This document shows positions 24,713 through 35,600 of a stretch of DNA of 39,755 nucleotides, piece after piece (positions within the stretch are counted from its first letter, which is position 1; every line of letters starts with the position of its first letter). The notes beneath the pieces are model-generated. The model was not told the origin of the DNA. It made no database searches and was given only the letters and a program-made list of their open reading frames with translations. The stretch comes from Octopus sinensis. Its lineage: Eukaryota. The DNA lies in the NCBI RefSeq assembly GCF_006345805.1, contig NW_021834108.1, positions 1 to 39,755 on the forward strand, in the 5' to 3' direction. The translations under genes and the position numbers were made by a program.

Positions 24713-24769
24713 TAAGAAGTTTGCCTCCCAACCGCTTGGTTCCGGGTTCTGACCCCCAACGAATAGATA

Positions 24770-25052
24770 AATTTTTCCCCAGTACTTGTTAGTTTTTAAG
24801 TCTGTACTTATTTTATGGGTCTCTTTTGCTGAACCCCTAGATTACGGAGAAAAAAAAACAAACCAATACCGGTTGTCAGGTGTGGTGGTGGGGACAGACA
24901 CACCACAAACACACACACACATGTGTGTGTTGTGTGTGTGTGTGTGTGTGTGAGAGTGAGTGTGTGTGTGTGCGTGCGTGTGACGCAGCGAGACCGAACC
25001 CGGAACTACATGACTGGAAAACAAGCTTCTAACTATACAACCACGCCTGTAC
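24770..25052 (-). mobile_element. SINE family B, diverged tail plus truncated head
   Basis: GTACTTATTTTATGGGTCTCTTTTGCTGAACC...CCGGTTGTCAGG, (CA)(TG)n, GAACCCGGAAC...CAACCACGCCTG. Confidence 0.75.
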
Positions 25053-25057
25053 AAATG

Positions 25058-25113
<56 letters not shown>

Positions 25114-26207
25114 TATATATATGTACATATATATATATGCATACATATATTACATATCTATATATACACACACAAACATATACATAGAGACGAATTTGCA
25201 TATACATGTCTGTTTATATATTACATATATATATATATATATATATATATCTATATATATATATATATATGAGCAAGTGTGTGTATAGAACATTTACGTG
25301 AATGTATGCGTGTCTTCTCGTGTGTGGGTGTATACGCAGCTCGCAAAAGCGAGTCTCGCTGGATTAATCCAGCTACTTACAAATAAGAGCTACGGGTTAG
25401 ATAGACATCTTGGCAGTAAACATCAGAATCAACGGCAGGTTTCAGTTATTGGTTTATAATCCCCAGAAGAACTTGAAGCTGTTCCAACGAGGAATTGATA
25501 TATTCTTATTGGCTCCGGAAACACTGGCTGACAAAAGGCGGGATTTGAACCCGGGCTGGGTTGTCGCATGAACAAACGGCTTCATTGCTGTCAATAATTT
25601 TTGTTTTCAGTCAATAATTTCGTTATTAAATTACTAGTAAGTAATATTGAAGTGTATTGTGTTCGAAACAGCGTGAATGAGAATGGGTGCTATTCGATTA
25701 TCTCGAACTCAGGGTTCGAAAACAAAATCAAACGAAGTACATGAATGCGAAACGTTGCGGGGTGGATGTTCAATTAACGGAACATCGTCTTCAAACGGAT
25801 GACGTGAGCGGAATATGTGTTTGTTTGTTTTTTTGTTTCTTCTTTTGTTTTTGTTCTTTGTTTTTCGTTTTGATCGCTTTGCTGCAGCTGACGTCAAAAA
25901 TAGAAAATAAAAACAAAGCTGTTCCACTAAATGTCCTTACAGCCAACACAGATAAAATGCTTTTACAACACGCAGTCGTCTGCGATGTGTAGTTTGTTTA
26001 TTAGTTACGGTTGCCTTCTTCGTTAATTATTATTGTTATTTATTTATTTATCTATTTATTATTTATTTATTTAACGCGGTGAACTGGCAAATTCTGTCGA
26101 TTTGGTAAAAAGGTGGGTGGAATATCTTGCGGTAATTTGTTACGGTTCTATACTTTCTGGGTTCGAATCTCACCCATGTGCATCTTGGTTCTCGACTTAC
26201 TTAAATA

Positions 26208-26626
26208 TATTTCTTTACTGCCCATAAGTGACTAAACATAGAAGGGACAAACAAGGACAGACAAAAGGGATTAAGTCGATTACATCGACCCCAGTGCAAA
26301 ACTGGTACTTTATTTATCGACCCCGAAAGGATGAAGGGCAAAGTCAACCTCGGCGGAATTTGAACTCAGAACATAACGACAGACGAAATACCTATTTCTT
26401 TATTACCCACAAGGGGCTAAACACAGAGGGGACAAACAAGGACAGACAAAAGGGATTAAGTCGACTACATCGACCCCAGTGCGAAACTGGTACTTTATTT
26501 ATCGACCCCGAAAGGATGAAGGGCAAAGTCAACCTCGGCGGAATTTGAACTCAGAACGTAACGACAGACGAAATACCGCTAAGCATTTCGCCCGGCGTGC
26601 TAACGTTTCTGCCAGCTCTCCGCCTT
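26208..26626 (-). mobile_element. SINE family A dimer (one head, two 185-bp units)
   Basis: GAAATACC recurs at 26385 and 26570; single flanking 16-bp TSD TCGACTTACT(T/C)AAATA (26192-26207 and 26627-26642). Confidence 0.93.
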
Positions 26627-26949
26627 TCGACTTACTCAAATAATAAACGCAATGGGCACACGTATGATTGTGTGAGATAAGAAGCTCACTCCGTTGCAGC
26701 ATGATCCCGTGTTCGATCCTACTGCTGGGCACCAGAGCCAAATGCTTTCTGCTGTACACTCGGTTTGGCTGATAAACTTTGGATGAAATTTGTGGAAATG
26801 GAAACTTTGTGGAGGCCCATCGCGTGTGTGTGGGTATGTGTATGTATATATATGTATGTGTGTGTGTGTATTTATAATATATTTACCTCTTTTACTTCTT
26901 TTATAGGTTGTGTCCATGCTGGAGCACTTCCAGCGTAATCAACTTTTTT

Positions 26950-27335
26950 TACAGTGCCCATTCTTTTGGTGAAGAAGGGAGTTCGACACACCAGCCTTCT
27001 TTTGAGTTTCTTGCCGTGACATAGATCATCATCATCATCATCGTTTAACGTCCGTTCTCCATGCTAACATGGGTTGGACGGTTCGACCGGGGATCTGGGA
27101 AGCCAGAAGGCTGCACCAGGCTCCAGTCTTATCTGGCAATGTTTCTACAGCTGGATGCCCTTCCTAACGCCAACCACTCCGTGAGTGTAGTGGGTGCTTT
27201 TTACGTGCCACCTGCACATAGATGTTTCTTGAAAACATCTACCCATAATTCCATGAAGATCCTTTAGATATTGTGGCAAGGCATTAAATATTTGTGGACC
27301 CTCGAATCCCAAGGTATGGCAGTATATGGTCCTCA
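26950..27335 (-). mobile_element. CR1-group LINE 3' relic, interrupted by a SINE
   Basis: Minus strand translates RTIYCHTLGFEGPQIFNALPQYLKDLHG and, beyond the insertion, SRQETQKKAGVSNSLLHQK; both resemble CR1-group ORF2 C-termini. Confidence 0.7.
27027..27215 (-). mobile_element. SINE family E, 5'-truncated, (ATG)n tail
   Basis: Minus strand GGTTGGCGTTAGGAAGGGCATCCAGCTGTAGAAAC...GGACGTTAAACGATGATGATG; 8-bp TSD ACATAGAT (27019-27026 and 27216-27223). Confidence 0.82.
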
Positions 27336-27488
27336 CTCATTCTTTCTCTTTCTCTTTCTCTCTCTCTCCCTCACTTTATGTACACACACACACACACACA
27401 TATATGGGTCATTCAAAATGTGACCGCGTGTGTACCATTGGCGATTTTTTTTTCTGTCTTCCCTTCTCTGGATCTTTCCTTCCCCTAT

Positions 27489-27523
27489 GTTTCCGACGAA
27501 GAGCTCCGCTCGAAACGTTAAAC
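27489..27523 (+). ncRNA. Minimal type I hammerhead ribozyme motif (U4C core variant, extra A after A9)
   Basis: GTTT-CCGACGA-A-GAGC-TCC-GCTC-GAA-ACGT-T-AAAC: helix I GTTT/AAAC, helix II GAGC/GCTC, palindromic helix III ACGT, GUU site. Confidence 0.72.
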
Positions 27524-27740
27524 CCTCCTTCTTTCCTTCTTTCCTGAGCGCCCAATAATACTATATTTGTTCCACGTCCTCGCGTTGTGTTTTTTTTTGT
27601 GCTTTCTTGTTTGGATTAACTTTATATATATATATATATATTGTTGTATTTCGGGATGGCCATTTTTTTTTTACCAAACAAACACCATATATTCGTTCTT
27701 CACTCGTTTATTATTGTTCTTATTTTAACTCATGTCCATT

Positions 27741-27784
27741 ATCCGGAAATCTTTCGTCACACATCTGTGACCTCTTCAGCGACT
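27741..27784 (-). ncRNA. Type I hammerhead ribozyme motif
   Basis: Minus strand AGTCG-CTGAAGA-G-GTCACA-GATG-TGTGAC-GAA-AGATTT-C-CGGAT: intact core, 6-bp helix II, helix III self-pairing with G-U, 3-bp helix I. Confidence 0.65.
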
Positions 27785-27886
27785 CTTTCCGTTCTCGTGT
27801 ATGTTCCTGCTCCGCTTAGTCCGTTCTGTTTCAACACATGATTTCACATCAGGAATCTTACAACACAAATTCATAAACGTATATAC

Positions 27887-27928
<42 letters not shown>

Positions 27929-27934
27929 TATATA

Positions 27935-27971
<37 letters not shown>

Positions 27972-29235
27972 GTTTATGAATTTGTATACCAGACCACCGG
28001 AGGGACTCCACTTCTTGAATAGCTGTTGAGGTTGTATCTCCTACCTTTTCTTTTCCCAAGACACTCACAAGTCAATGAGAGTTTGTGACTGGAGTTTCTT
28101 CCTCAACGTCTTAATTAACCCAACGCTAGCACACTGAGAAGTGCTACGACTCCGAATTAGAGTAGACCCGGAAACAAACGTGGTCAAGGGGTAGACCCAC
28201 ACTCCTCGAAACCCTGAAACACCCAAGAAGGGCCCATTACCAGATGCAGCTCAAAGTCGTAGCCATATAAGTGCCTCACAGGGACAACCCCTACATGAAA
28301 CCCTTCTAAGTTCATGCAAAGAATATACTCGCTTATTTTATTTCTAATTTGCCAGGGATTTGAAAAAGTCCTTGCAAGTAAGAGACGGGAGCAGCTCCAA
28401 TCCAGGAGGTTTCAAGTTTTAACCAATAAAAAAACAGTCATTGAAACAATATCGGATTCAAAACTTGAACCCGTTATAATTTAGAAGGTCAACACCACTC
28501 CAACATTACAACCACTGACCTAACATTTGAGGGGTGGGGCTACATAATATAACTTGCATTTCCTTGTTTTTTTATTTGGCATTATTTTCTGTTTTGCTTT
28601 GTGTGTGTGTGTGTCTGTCTGTCTGTGTGTGTTATGTTTCAATTATTTCCTTCACACTTTGTTTTCTAAGAGAGACAACTCGATATGGAAATAATATTTT
28701 TTCTGATTGACTGATTGACTGATTGATTGATTGATTGACTGACTGACTGATTGATCGATTGATTGCTTAATTAAAAAATAAATAAATAAATAAATAAATA
28801 AGACCGAAATGACGAATGTTATCTTCAATTTTTTATTTTATTTCATTTATTATATTTTATTCTCATTTGCCAGGTTTGTTTGTTTGGTTTTTTATGTATG
28901 ATTAAAAATTTGAATAATTGATTAGGAAGGACACAACAACAACAACAACAGAAATAATAACAACAACAACAACAACAACAGCAACAACAACAGCAACAAC
29001 AATAGAAGCAACAACAAACGATAATTTTTAAATAATTGATTTTGTTTATTTTTTTTTAAATACTAAATTACATAAATTTCCATAGTTGTGATTCAATTTC
29101 TGTTGATTCTAGACAGATCTATTGATAATACCCTATTGGTTATAGGTCGCCCAATCACAAACAATGAAAAAACTGTGACGATACGATCAATGGTTATGAA
29201 TTAATGGGGGGAAAACCAAACAAGTGCTGAAACGC

Positions 29236-29420
29236 TTTGGCTGTGTGGTAAGTAGCTTGCTTACCAACCATACGGTTCCGTGTTCAGTCTCACTGCGTGG
29301 CACCTTGGGCAAGTGTCTTCTACTATAGCCTCGGGTCGACCAAAGCCTTGTGAGTGGATTTAGTAGATGGAAACTGAAAGAAGCCTGTGGTATATATGTA
29401 TATAGATAGATAGATAGATT

Positions 29421-29494
<74 letters not shown>

Positions 29495-29985
29495 GGCGTA
29501 GGAGTGGCTGGATAGAGGCGTAGGAGTGGCTGTGTGATAAGTGGCTTGCTTACCAGCCACATGGTTCTGGGTTCAGTCCCACTGTGTGACACCTTGAGCA
29601 AGTGTCTTCTACAATAGCCTCGGGCCGACCAAAGCCTTGTGAGTGGATTTGGTAGATGGAAACTGAAAGAAGCCCGTCATATATATATGTGTTTATGTGT
29701 GTTTGTATGTATCGCTTGACAACCGATGCTGGTGTATTTTCGTCCCCGTAACTTAGCGGTTCGGCAAAAGTGACGAATAGAATAAGTAATAGGCTTACAA
29801 AGAATAAGTATTTCGTCTGCCGGTATTTCGTCTGCCGTTACGTTCTGAGTTCAAATTCCGCAGAAGTCGTCTTTGCCTTTCATCCTTTTGGGGTCGATAA
29901 ATTATGTACCAGTTGCGTACTGGGGTCAATCTAATCGACTGGCCCTCCCCCAAAAGTTTCGGGCCGTGTACCTAGAGTACAAAAG
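29236..29985 (+). mobile_element. Composite: B head, (GATA)n, B near-full copy fused to a headless family A unit
   Basis: B head 29236-29395; (GATA)n 29400-29493; 22-bp tandem duplication at the start of the second B; B tail stops at GAATAAGT and continues ATTTCGTCTGCC...GTTCTGAGTTCAAATTCC (A body). Confidence 0.85.
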
Positions 29986-30316
29986 ATCATTGAGTACTTG
30001 GAAAATCTGATACTTGCACACGAATCATATTTCAACTAATTCTTAGTTTCATATATGTCTCTTCAGAGAAATAGCAATTCTAAAGTAATATTCTGAGTTC
30101 AAATCTTGTCCTGGCTGAACTGGGTCGTGGGGTTTAACTGTTTTGCTGTCCAAAGCATTTTCATAATTTTTTCTTAAATGTTCAAGCTTGTTTGCAGACT
30201 CTCACTCAGCTCTTGCCGCACACGTTCTGAGCACTACAAGACTTTCTAGGCATACCTACACATGTGTGCTACCACCACCACCAATAATACCACCACTACT
30301 ACCAATACCACGTAGA

Positions 30317-30565
30317 CAGAACGTAAAGACAGACGAAATACCTATTTCTTCACTACCCACAGGGGGCTAAACACAGAGAGGACAAACAAGGACAGACAAA
30401 CGGATTAAGTCGATTATATAGACCCCAGTGCGTAAATGGTACTTATTTAATCGACCCCGAAAGGATGGAAGGCAAAGTCGACCTCGGCGGAATTTGAACT
30501 CAGAACATAAAGACAGCCGAAGCATTTTTCCCAGCGTGCTAACGTTTCTGCCAGCTTGCCGCCTT
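30317..30565 (-). mobile_element. SINE family A: one unit plus ~25 bp read-through into a second unit
   Basis: The tail end AAATAGGT continues directly as ATTTCGTCTGTCTTTACGTTCTG. Confidence 0.9.
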
Positions 30566-31039
30566 TTGGCTAAGCATTTATTAACCTGCTACATAACAAA
30601 ATAGACACAGGGTTTATCAAAAACAACAATACGAAGTCAGTCATTTGGAAAACGAAATCATAAAGAGATAAAATTACATTCGTATGATATTGTGTTCAGA
30701 TCTTTTATGCCGCAACGATAGTCAGAAGCGCAGTAAAATAGATTTAAATAGAGACCGCAGAGGAACATGGCGACGAGTTTTTAAAGATATTGGCGATGTA
30801 GAAATAGTTAATGTTATAAAATTGAATCCCTTATTAACCAAATATATATAAAGAGAGAGAGAGACAGACAGACAGACAGGCAGAGACAGACAGAAATAGA
30901 GAGAAAGGAAGGCAGGGAGAGGAAGAAGTGGGAGAGAGGGGGAGATATGCTTTCATACTTTCGATATTTAATGAATTTAATAAAAGCATCTAACTCATGA
31001 ACATAGTTAAAACTGAAGTCCTTCTTGGACGACATATTT

Positions 31040-31580
31040 TTCCATTTCAGATTATATCGAGCCCAGTGCGTAACTGGTACTTATTTAATTGACCCCGAAA
31101 GGATGAAAGGCAAAGTCGACCTCGGCGAAATTTGAACTCAGAACGCAGCGGCGGACAAAATACCTATTTCTTTACTACCCAGAAGGGGCTAAACACAGAG
31201 GGGACAAACAAGGACAGACATAGGTATTAAGTCGATTACATCGACCCCAGTGCGTAACTGGTACTTAATTTGTCGACCCCGAAAGGATGAAAGGCAAAGT
31301 CGACCTCGGCGAAATTTGAATTCAGAACGCAGCGGCGGACGAAATACCTATTTCTTTATTACCCACAAGGGGCTAAACACAGAGGGAACAAACAAGGACA
31401 GACATAGGTATTAAGTCGATTACATCGACCACAGTGCGTAACTGGTACTTAATTTGTCGACCCCGAAAGGATGAAAGGCAAAGTCGACCTCGGCGGAATT
31501 TGAACTCACAACGTAACGCAGACGAAATACCGCTAAGCATTTCGCGCGGCGTGCTAACGGTTCTGCCAGCTCACCGCCTT
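31040..31580 (-). mobile_element. SINE family A trimer (one head, two full 183-184-bp units, partial third)
   Basis: TACC junction motif at 31161, 31345 and 31528; units share array-specific variants (GACAGACATAGGTATT, TACTTAATTTGTCGAC). Confidence 0.93.
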
Positions 31581-31599
31581 ACGTCATAATGATAGTAAT

Positions 31600-31826
31600 G
31601 ATTTCTACTTTATGAGTAAGGCCTGAAATTTGTGAGGGAACTGTGTCAGTCGATTGCATCGACTCAATGCTAGACTGTTATCCCTATTTTATCGAACCCG
31701 AAAAGTTTGAAGGGAAAATCGGCCTCAGTTCAGTTTGAACTCAGAAAAATTCAGTAAACCCGGAAGAAATGGCGCTAAATATTTTGACTCGATACGGAAA
31801 CGATTCTGCCAGCTCCCCTCCTCAGC
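31600..31826 (-). mobile_element. Old, diverged SINE family A copy
   Basis: GTCGATTGCATCGACTCAATG...TTTATCGAACCCGAAAAG...TTTGAACTCAGAA...ACGATTCTGCCAGCTC. Confidence 0.7.
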
Positions 31827-32094
31827 CGGTTTGTGTATGTGTGTGCGTATGTGTGTGCGTGCGTGCGTATGTATATTTATGATTCATCTTAAATCGTCCT
31901 CTGAATTCACTGACATAATTATTACTAAGAAAAAAAAAACAATATAAGAGAAAGGAATAATGAATTTCTATTAATTTCTCATTCATAAATATGTATGGGT
32001 AAATTTTGTCATTCAGAGATAAACACAACGAACCATATGGCCACCTCTCTCTCTCTCTCTCTCTCTCGCTCGCTTTATATATTCTTTTATTCTT

Positions 32095-32333
32095 TTATTT
32101 TTTCTGTCATTTGACTGCGGCCAGGCTGGAGCACCGCCTTTTGTCGAACAAATCTACCCCAGGACTTATTCTTTGTAAGCCTAGTACTTATTCTCTCGGT
32201 CTCTTTTGCCGAACCACTAAGTTACGGGGGCGTAAACACACCAGCATCGGTTGTCAAGTGATATTCGGAGTAACGAACACAGACACACACACACAAGCAC
32301 ACACACATACACACATACACACACCACACCACA

Positions 32334-32382
<49 letters not shown>

Positions 32383-32519
32383 CGGCTGGCTTCTCTCAGT
32401 TTCCGTCTACCAAATCCACTTACAAGGCTATGGTCGGCCTGAGGCTATAGTAGAAGACACCTAGTGGAACTGAACCCAGAACCATGTGGTTGGTAAGCCA
32501 CGCCTGCGCCTATATGTGT
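32095..32519 (-). mobile_element. SINE family B, near-full copy with head deletion
   Basis: CATTTGACTGCGGCCAGGCTGGAGCACCGCC...(CA)n(TA)n...GAACTGAACCCAGAACCATGTGG. Confidence 0.9.
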
Positions 32520-32614
32520 GTGTGTTGCATCTGCAATATATATATGTGTGTGTGTGTGTGGTGTGCACGTGTGTGTGTGTGCACGTGTGTGTGTGTGCAC
32601 GTGTGTGTGTGTGT

Positions 32615-32927
32615 ATCACCGTGATCACCGTGACCGGCCAGGCTATCAGATGTTGCTACACATCGCTAGTCACAATGCGCTTCGCATTGTTTTAGCCTCC
32701 AGATGCCGCCACCCTGCCGGCTAAGTGAGCAGGCCAACAGAAGAAAGAGTGAGAGAAAGTTGTGGCGAAAGAGTACAGCAGGGATCGCCACCACCCCCTG
32801 CCGGGGCCACGTGGAGCTTTAGGTGTTTTCGCTCAATAAACACTCACAACGCCCAGTCTGGGAATCGAAACTGCGACCCTACGATCGCGAGTCCGCTGCC
32901 CTAACCACTGGGCCATTGCGCCTCCAC
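32615..32927 (-). mobile_element. SINE family C, full length with tail type 1
   Basis: Matches 699-1000; tail ends in (ATCACCGTG)2. Confidence 0.93.
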
Positions 32928-33565
32928 ATTTATGTATATACCTATGTATATGTTTCAGTAATTAGACGGCAGCCATGCTGGAGCACCGCCTCATATTTAT
33001 GTGTACGTGTGCGTGTTTATGTATGTATGTATGTATGTATGTATGTATGTATGTATGTATGTATGTATGTGTCTGTGTATGTATGTATGTATGTATGTAT
33101 GTATGTATGTATGAATGTATGTATGTATGTATGTATGTATGTATGCATGCATGTATGAGTGTACGAGAAGCGTGCATGCCTGAGAGTGCGTATTCATGTG
33201 TGTATATGTGTGTAAGTGTGAATGTGTGTATATATATATGGGGTGAGTTGTGTGTGTGTGTATTAATGTATGTGTAATTAATGTATTGAAAGTGCTGAAG
33301 GTTACCGTCATGCTGGAGCAGTTTCTGATATTTCAATCTATTTTTAGTTCTCTTCCAATCTCTCGCCAAAGTCATCAAGAATGCCATGGTTGGACGGCTT
33401 GCTGTAGGTTGTCTCGGCTACTATTTTTTGACTGGTTTCTATCAGATACGAGATCCTGCTTCCTGATAGGGCAGTCATCAACGTCCCCCAATCAGCTGTG
33501 TGGTGGCGAGGAAGAGCTTCCTGCTGAGAATCTAAAGGCCAAACGTAAAAATAAGTTTGTATTGA

Positions 33566-33800
33566 GGTGTGTGGAGGCGCATAGCTTAGCAGTTAGAAGG
33601 TTGGACTCATGGTCGGAAGATTGCGGTTTCGATTCCTAGACCGAGCGATGGGTTGTGTTGTTGAGCAAAATACTTCATTTCTCGTTGTTCTGGTTCACTC
33701 TGCTGACAAAAGTGAATAAACCTGCGACGGATCGGCGTCCCGTCCAGGGAGGATTATATACGCGAGAGAAACCGGGAAACCGGCCGCATGCTCTTTGCAG
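33566..33800 (+). mobile_element. Old Meta-like SINE with a family C-type head
   Basis: GTGGAGGCGCATAGCTTAG...GGTTTCGATTCC, GTTGTGTTGTTGAGCAAAATACTTCATTTC, CCTGCGACGGATCGGCGTCCCGTCCAGGG, GAAACCGGGAAACCGGCC. Confidence 0.72.
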
Positions 33801-33840
33801 AGTAATATAGACTAAGTATTGAAGAAGTGAACTTGCCAAG

Positions 33841-34045
33841 CAAGTACTTTTATCCGAGATCGTGTACTTTCGAAACAAGTACTTTTATCCGAGATCATGT
33901 ACTTTCGAAGCAAGTACTTTTATCCGAGATCGTGTACTTTCGAAGCAAGTACTTTGATCCGAGATCGTGTACTTTCGAAGCAAGTACTTTGATCCGAGAT
34001 TGTGTACTTTCGAAGCAAGTACTTTGATCCGAGATTATGTACTTG
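33841..34045. repeat. 35-bp minisatellite, ~5.9 copies
   Basis: Unit CAAGTACTTT(T/G)ATCCGAGATCGTGTACTTTCGAAG starting at 33841, 33876, 33911, 33946, 33981 and 34016; no spacers. Confidence 0.97.
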
Positions 34046-34337
34046 CCTAGCAAAAAAGTGCCAGGTTTAAGAAGACAAAGGAACAACTAGGAAATACTAG
34101 GTTTGATTCGTTCGGCTAAGACCATTTAAGACTGAGCTCCAGCGTGGCCGCAATCTAGTGATTGAAACAAACAAAAGATAGAAGTTATGTGTAAGTATGC
34201 GTGGCACTTGGATTTCGGTTCGTTCAAACAAATGAAACCCACACCCATCATACAATCATATGTTTGAGTGTGTCCCCTGTTTGTGCTGAGATGAATGCAC
34301 GGCCCGAGTTTGTGTGTGGTGTGTGTGGTGTGTGTGG

Positions 34338-34398
<61 letters not shown>

Positions 34399-34504
34399 TG
34401 GGTTTCGATGTTTGTATATCGGTGTCAGCGTGTCAGAATTAGGTCAGAGGTTTATCAGGGAAGCGATTCATATAGCATATATTTATATAATCTCAATGAA
34501 AATT

Positions 34505-34563
34505 GATAGACAGACAGACAGGCAGGCAGGTAGACAGACTGACAGATAGATAGATAGATAAAG

Positions 34564-34659
<96 letters not shown>

Positions 34660-35130
34660 TGGCAGACCTTTCTTTAATTATGTCTTCAGATGTATGCGGA
34701 AGTATGTTTAAATATTCCGGAACATGACTCTGTGAATGGTTCCTGCTGTGTGATTCATATTCAAAAGATTCTCTAAAAGAGGTCGCTATGTTTAACAAAT
34801 ACTCTCTGTACTTCAAACATGTTCCATGAGAAGGTGACGTTACTGTGTGTGTGTGTTGGGTGGAGAGGGGGGTATTTAGGTGGGAATGTAGGGGAGGGTG
34901 TATAAGGGTGTCTGGTTTTGTCTTTGTGTGGACACAATATATATGTATATACATATATATATATATATACATGTGTGTGTGTGTGTATAATAGGTATATA
35001 TATAGATATAATATATATATATGTGAATTATATGTATAGATGTATATATATCCATATAGATATATGCATATACATATATGTAATATATATATATATAAAT
35101 ATAAGATATATATTATCTATATATATATAT

Positions 35131-35164
<34 letters not shown>

Positions 35165-35288
35165 ATATCTTATATATACGTATCTGTATGCATAATAGTT
35201 CATATATAATATATGTGCGATATAATTACAAATTTAGATACATATATGAATATATATATGTGTGTGTATGTGTGTGTTATATATGTAT

Positions 35289-35320
<32 letters not shown>

Positions 35321-35408
35321 TATACATATATATATATATATACATTATACATATAATATACATATATATATATTATATATATTATATATATATATATATT
35401 ATATCTAT

Positions 35409-35440
<32 letters not shown>

Positions 35441-35556
35441 CATACACATATATGATTGTGGGTTTGTGCGCGCATATATATATACATACGTTCACATCCA
35501 AACTCACACATACATATATGTTTAAATATATATATAAATGTATGTATATATATTTG

Positions 35557-35587
<31 letters not shown>

Positions 35588-35600
35588 TGTGTGTGTCGGG
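34505..35600. repeat. (GATA)n, (TA)n and (TG)n microsatellite cluster
   Basis: Directly visible; one of many such tracts (also ~11900-12370, 13890-14170, 14935-15060, 27885-27970). Confidence 0.95.

Noticed and set aside
26385-26400. Hammerhead within the SINE A repeat unit (GAAATA-CC-TATTTC looks like a helix III)
   Set aside because: There is no CUGANGA core on either strand of the unit, so the arrays cannot be called retrozymes on this evidence.
30740-30850. Short open frame GTWRRVFKDIGDVEIVNVIKLNP after several AG dinucleotides
   Set aside because: No pyrimidine tract, no convincing donor site and no recognisable family.
33841-34045. CRISPR-like array (35-bp, partly palindromic repeats)
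   Set aside because: Units are contiguous with no unique spacers, there are no cas genes, and the context is eukaryotic; it is a minisatellite.
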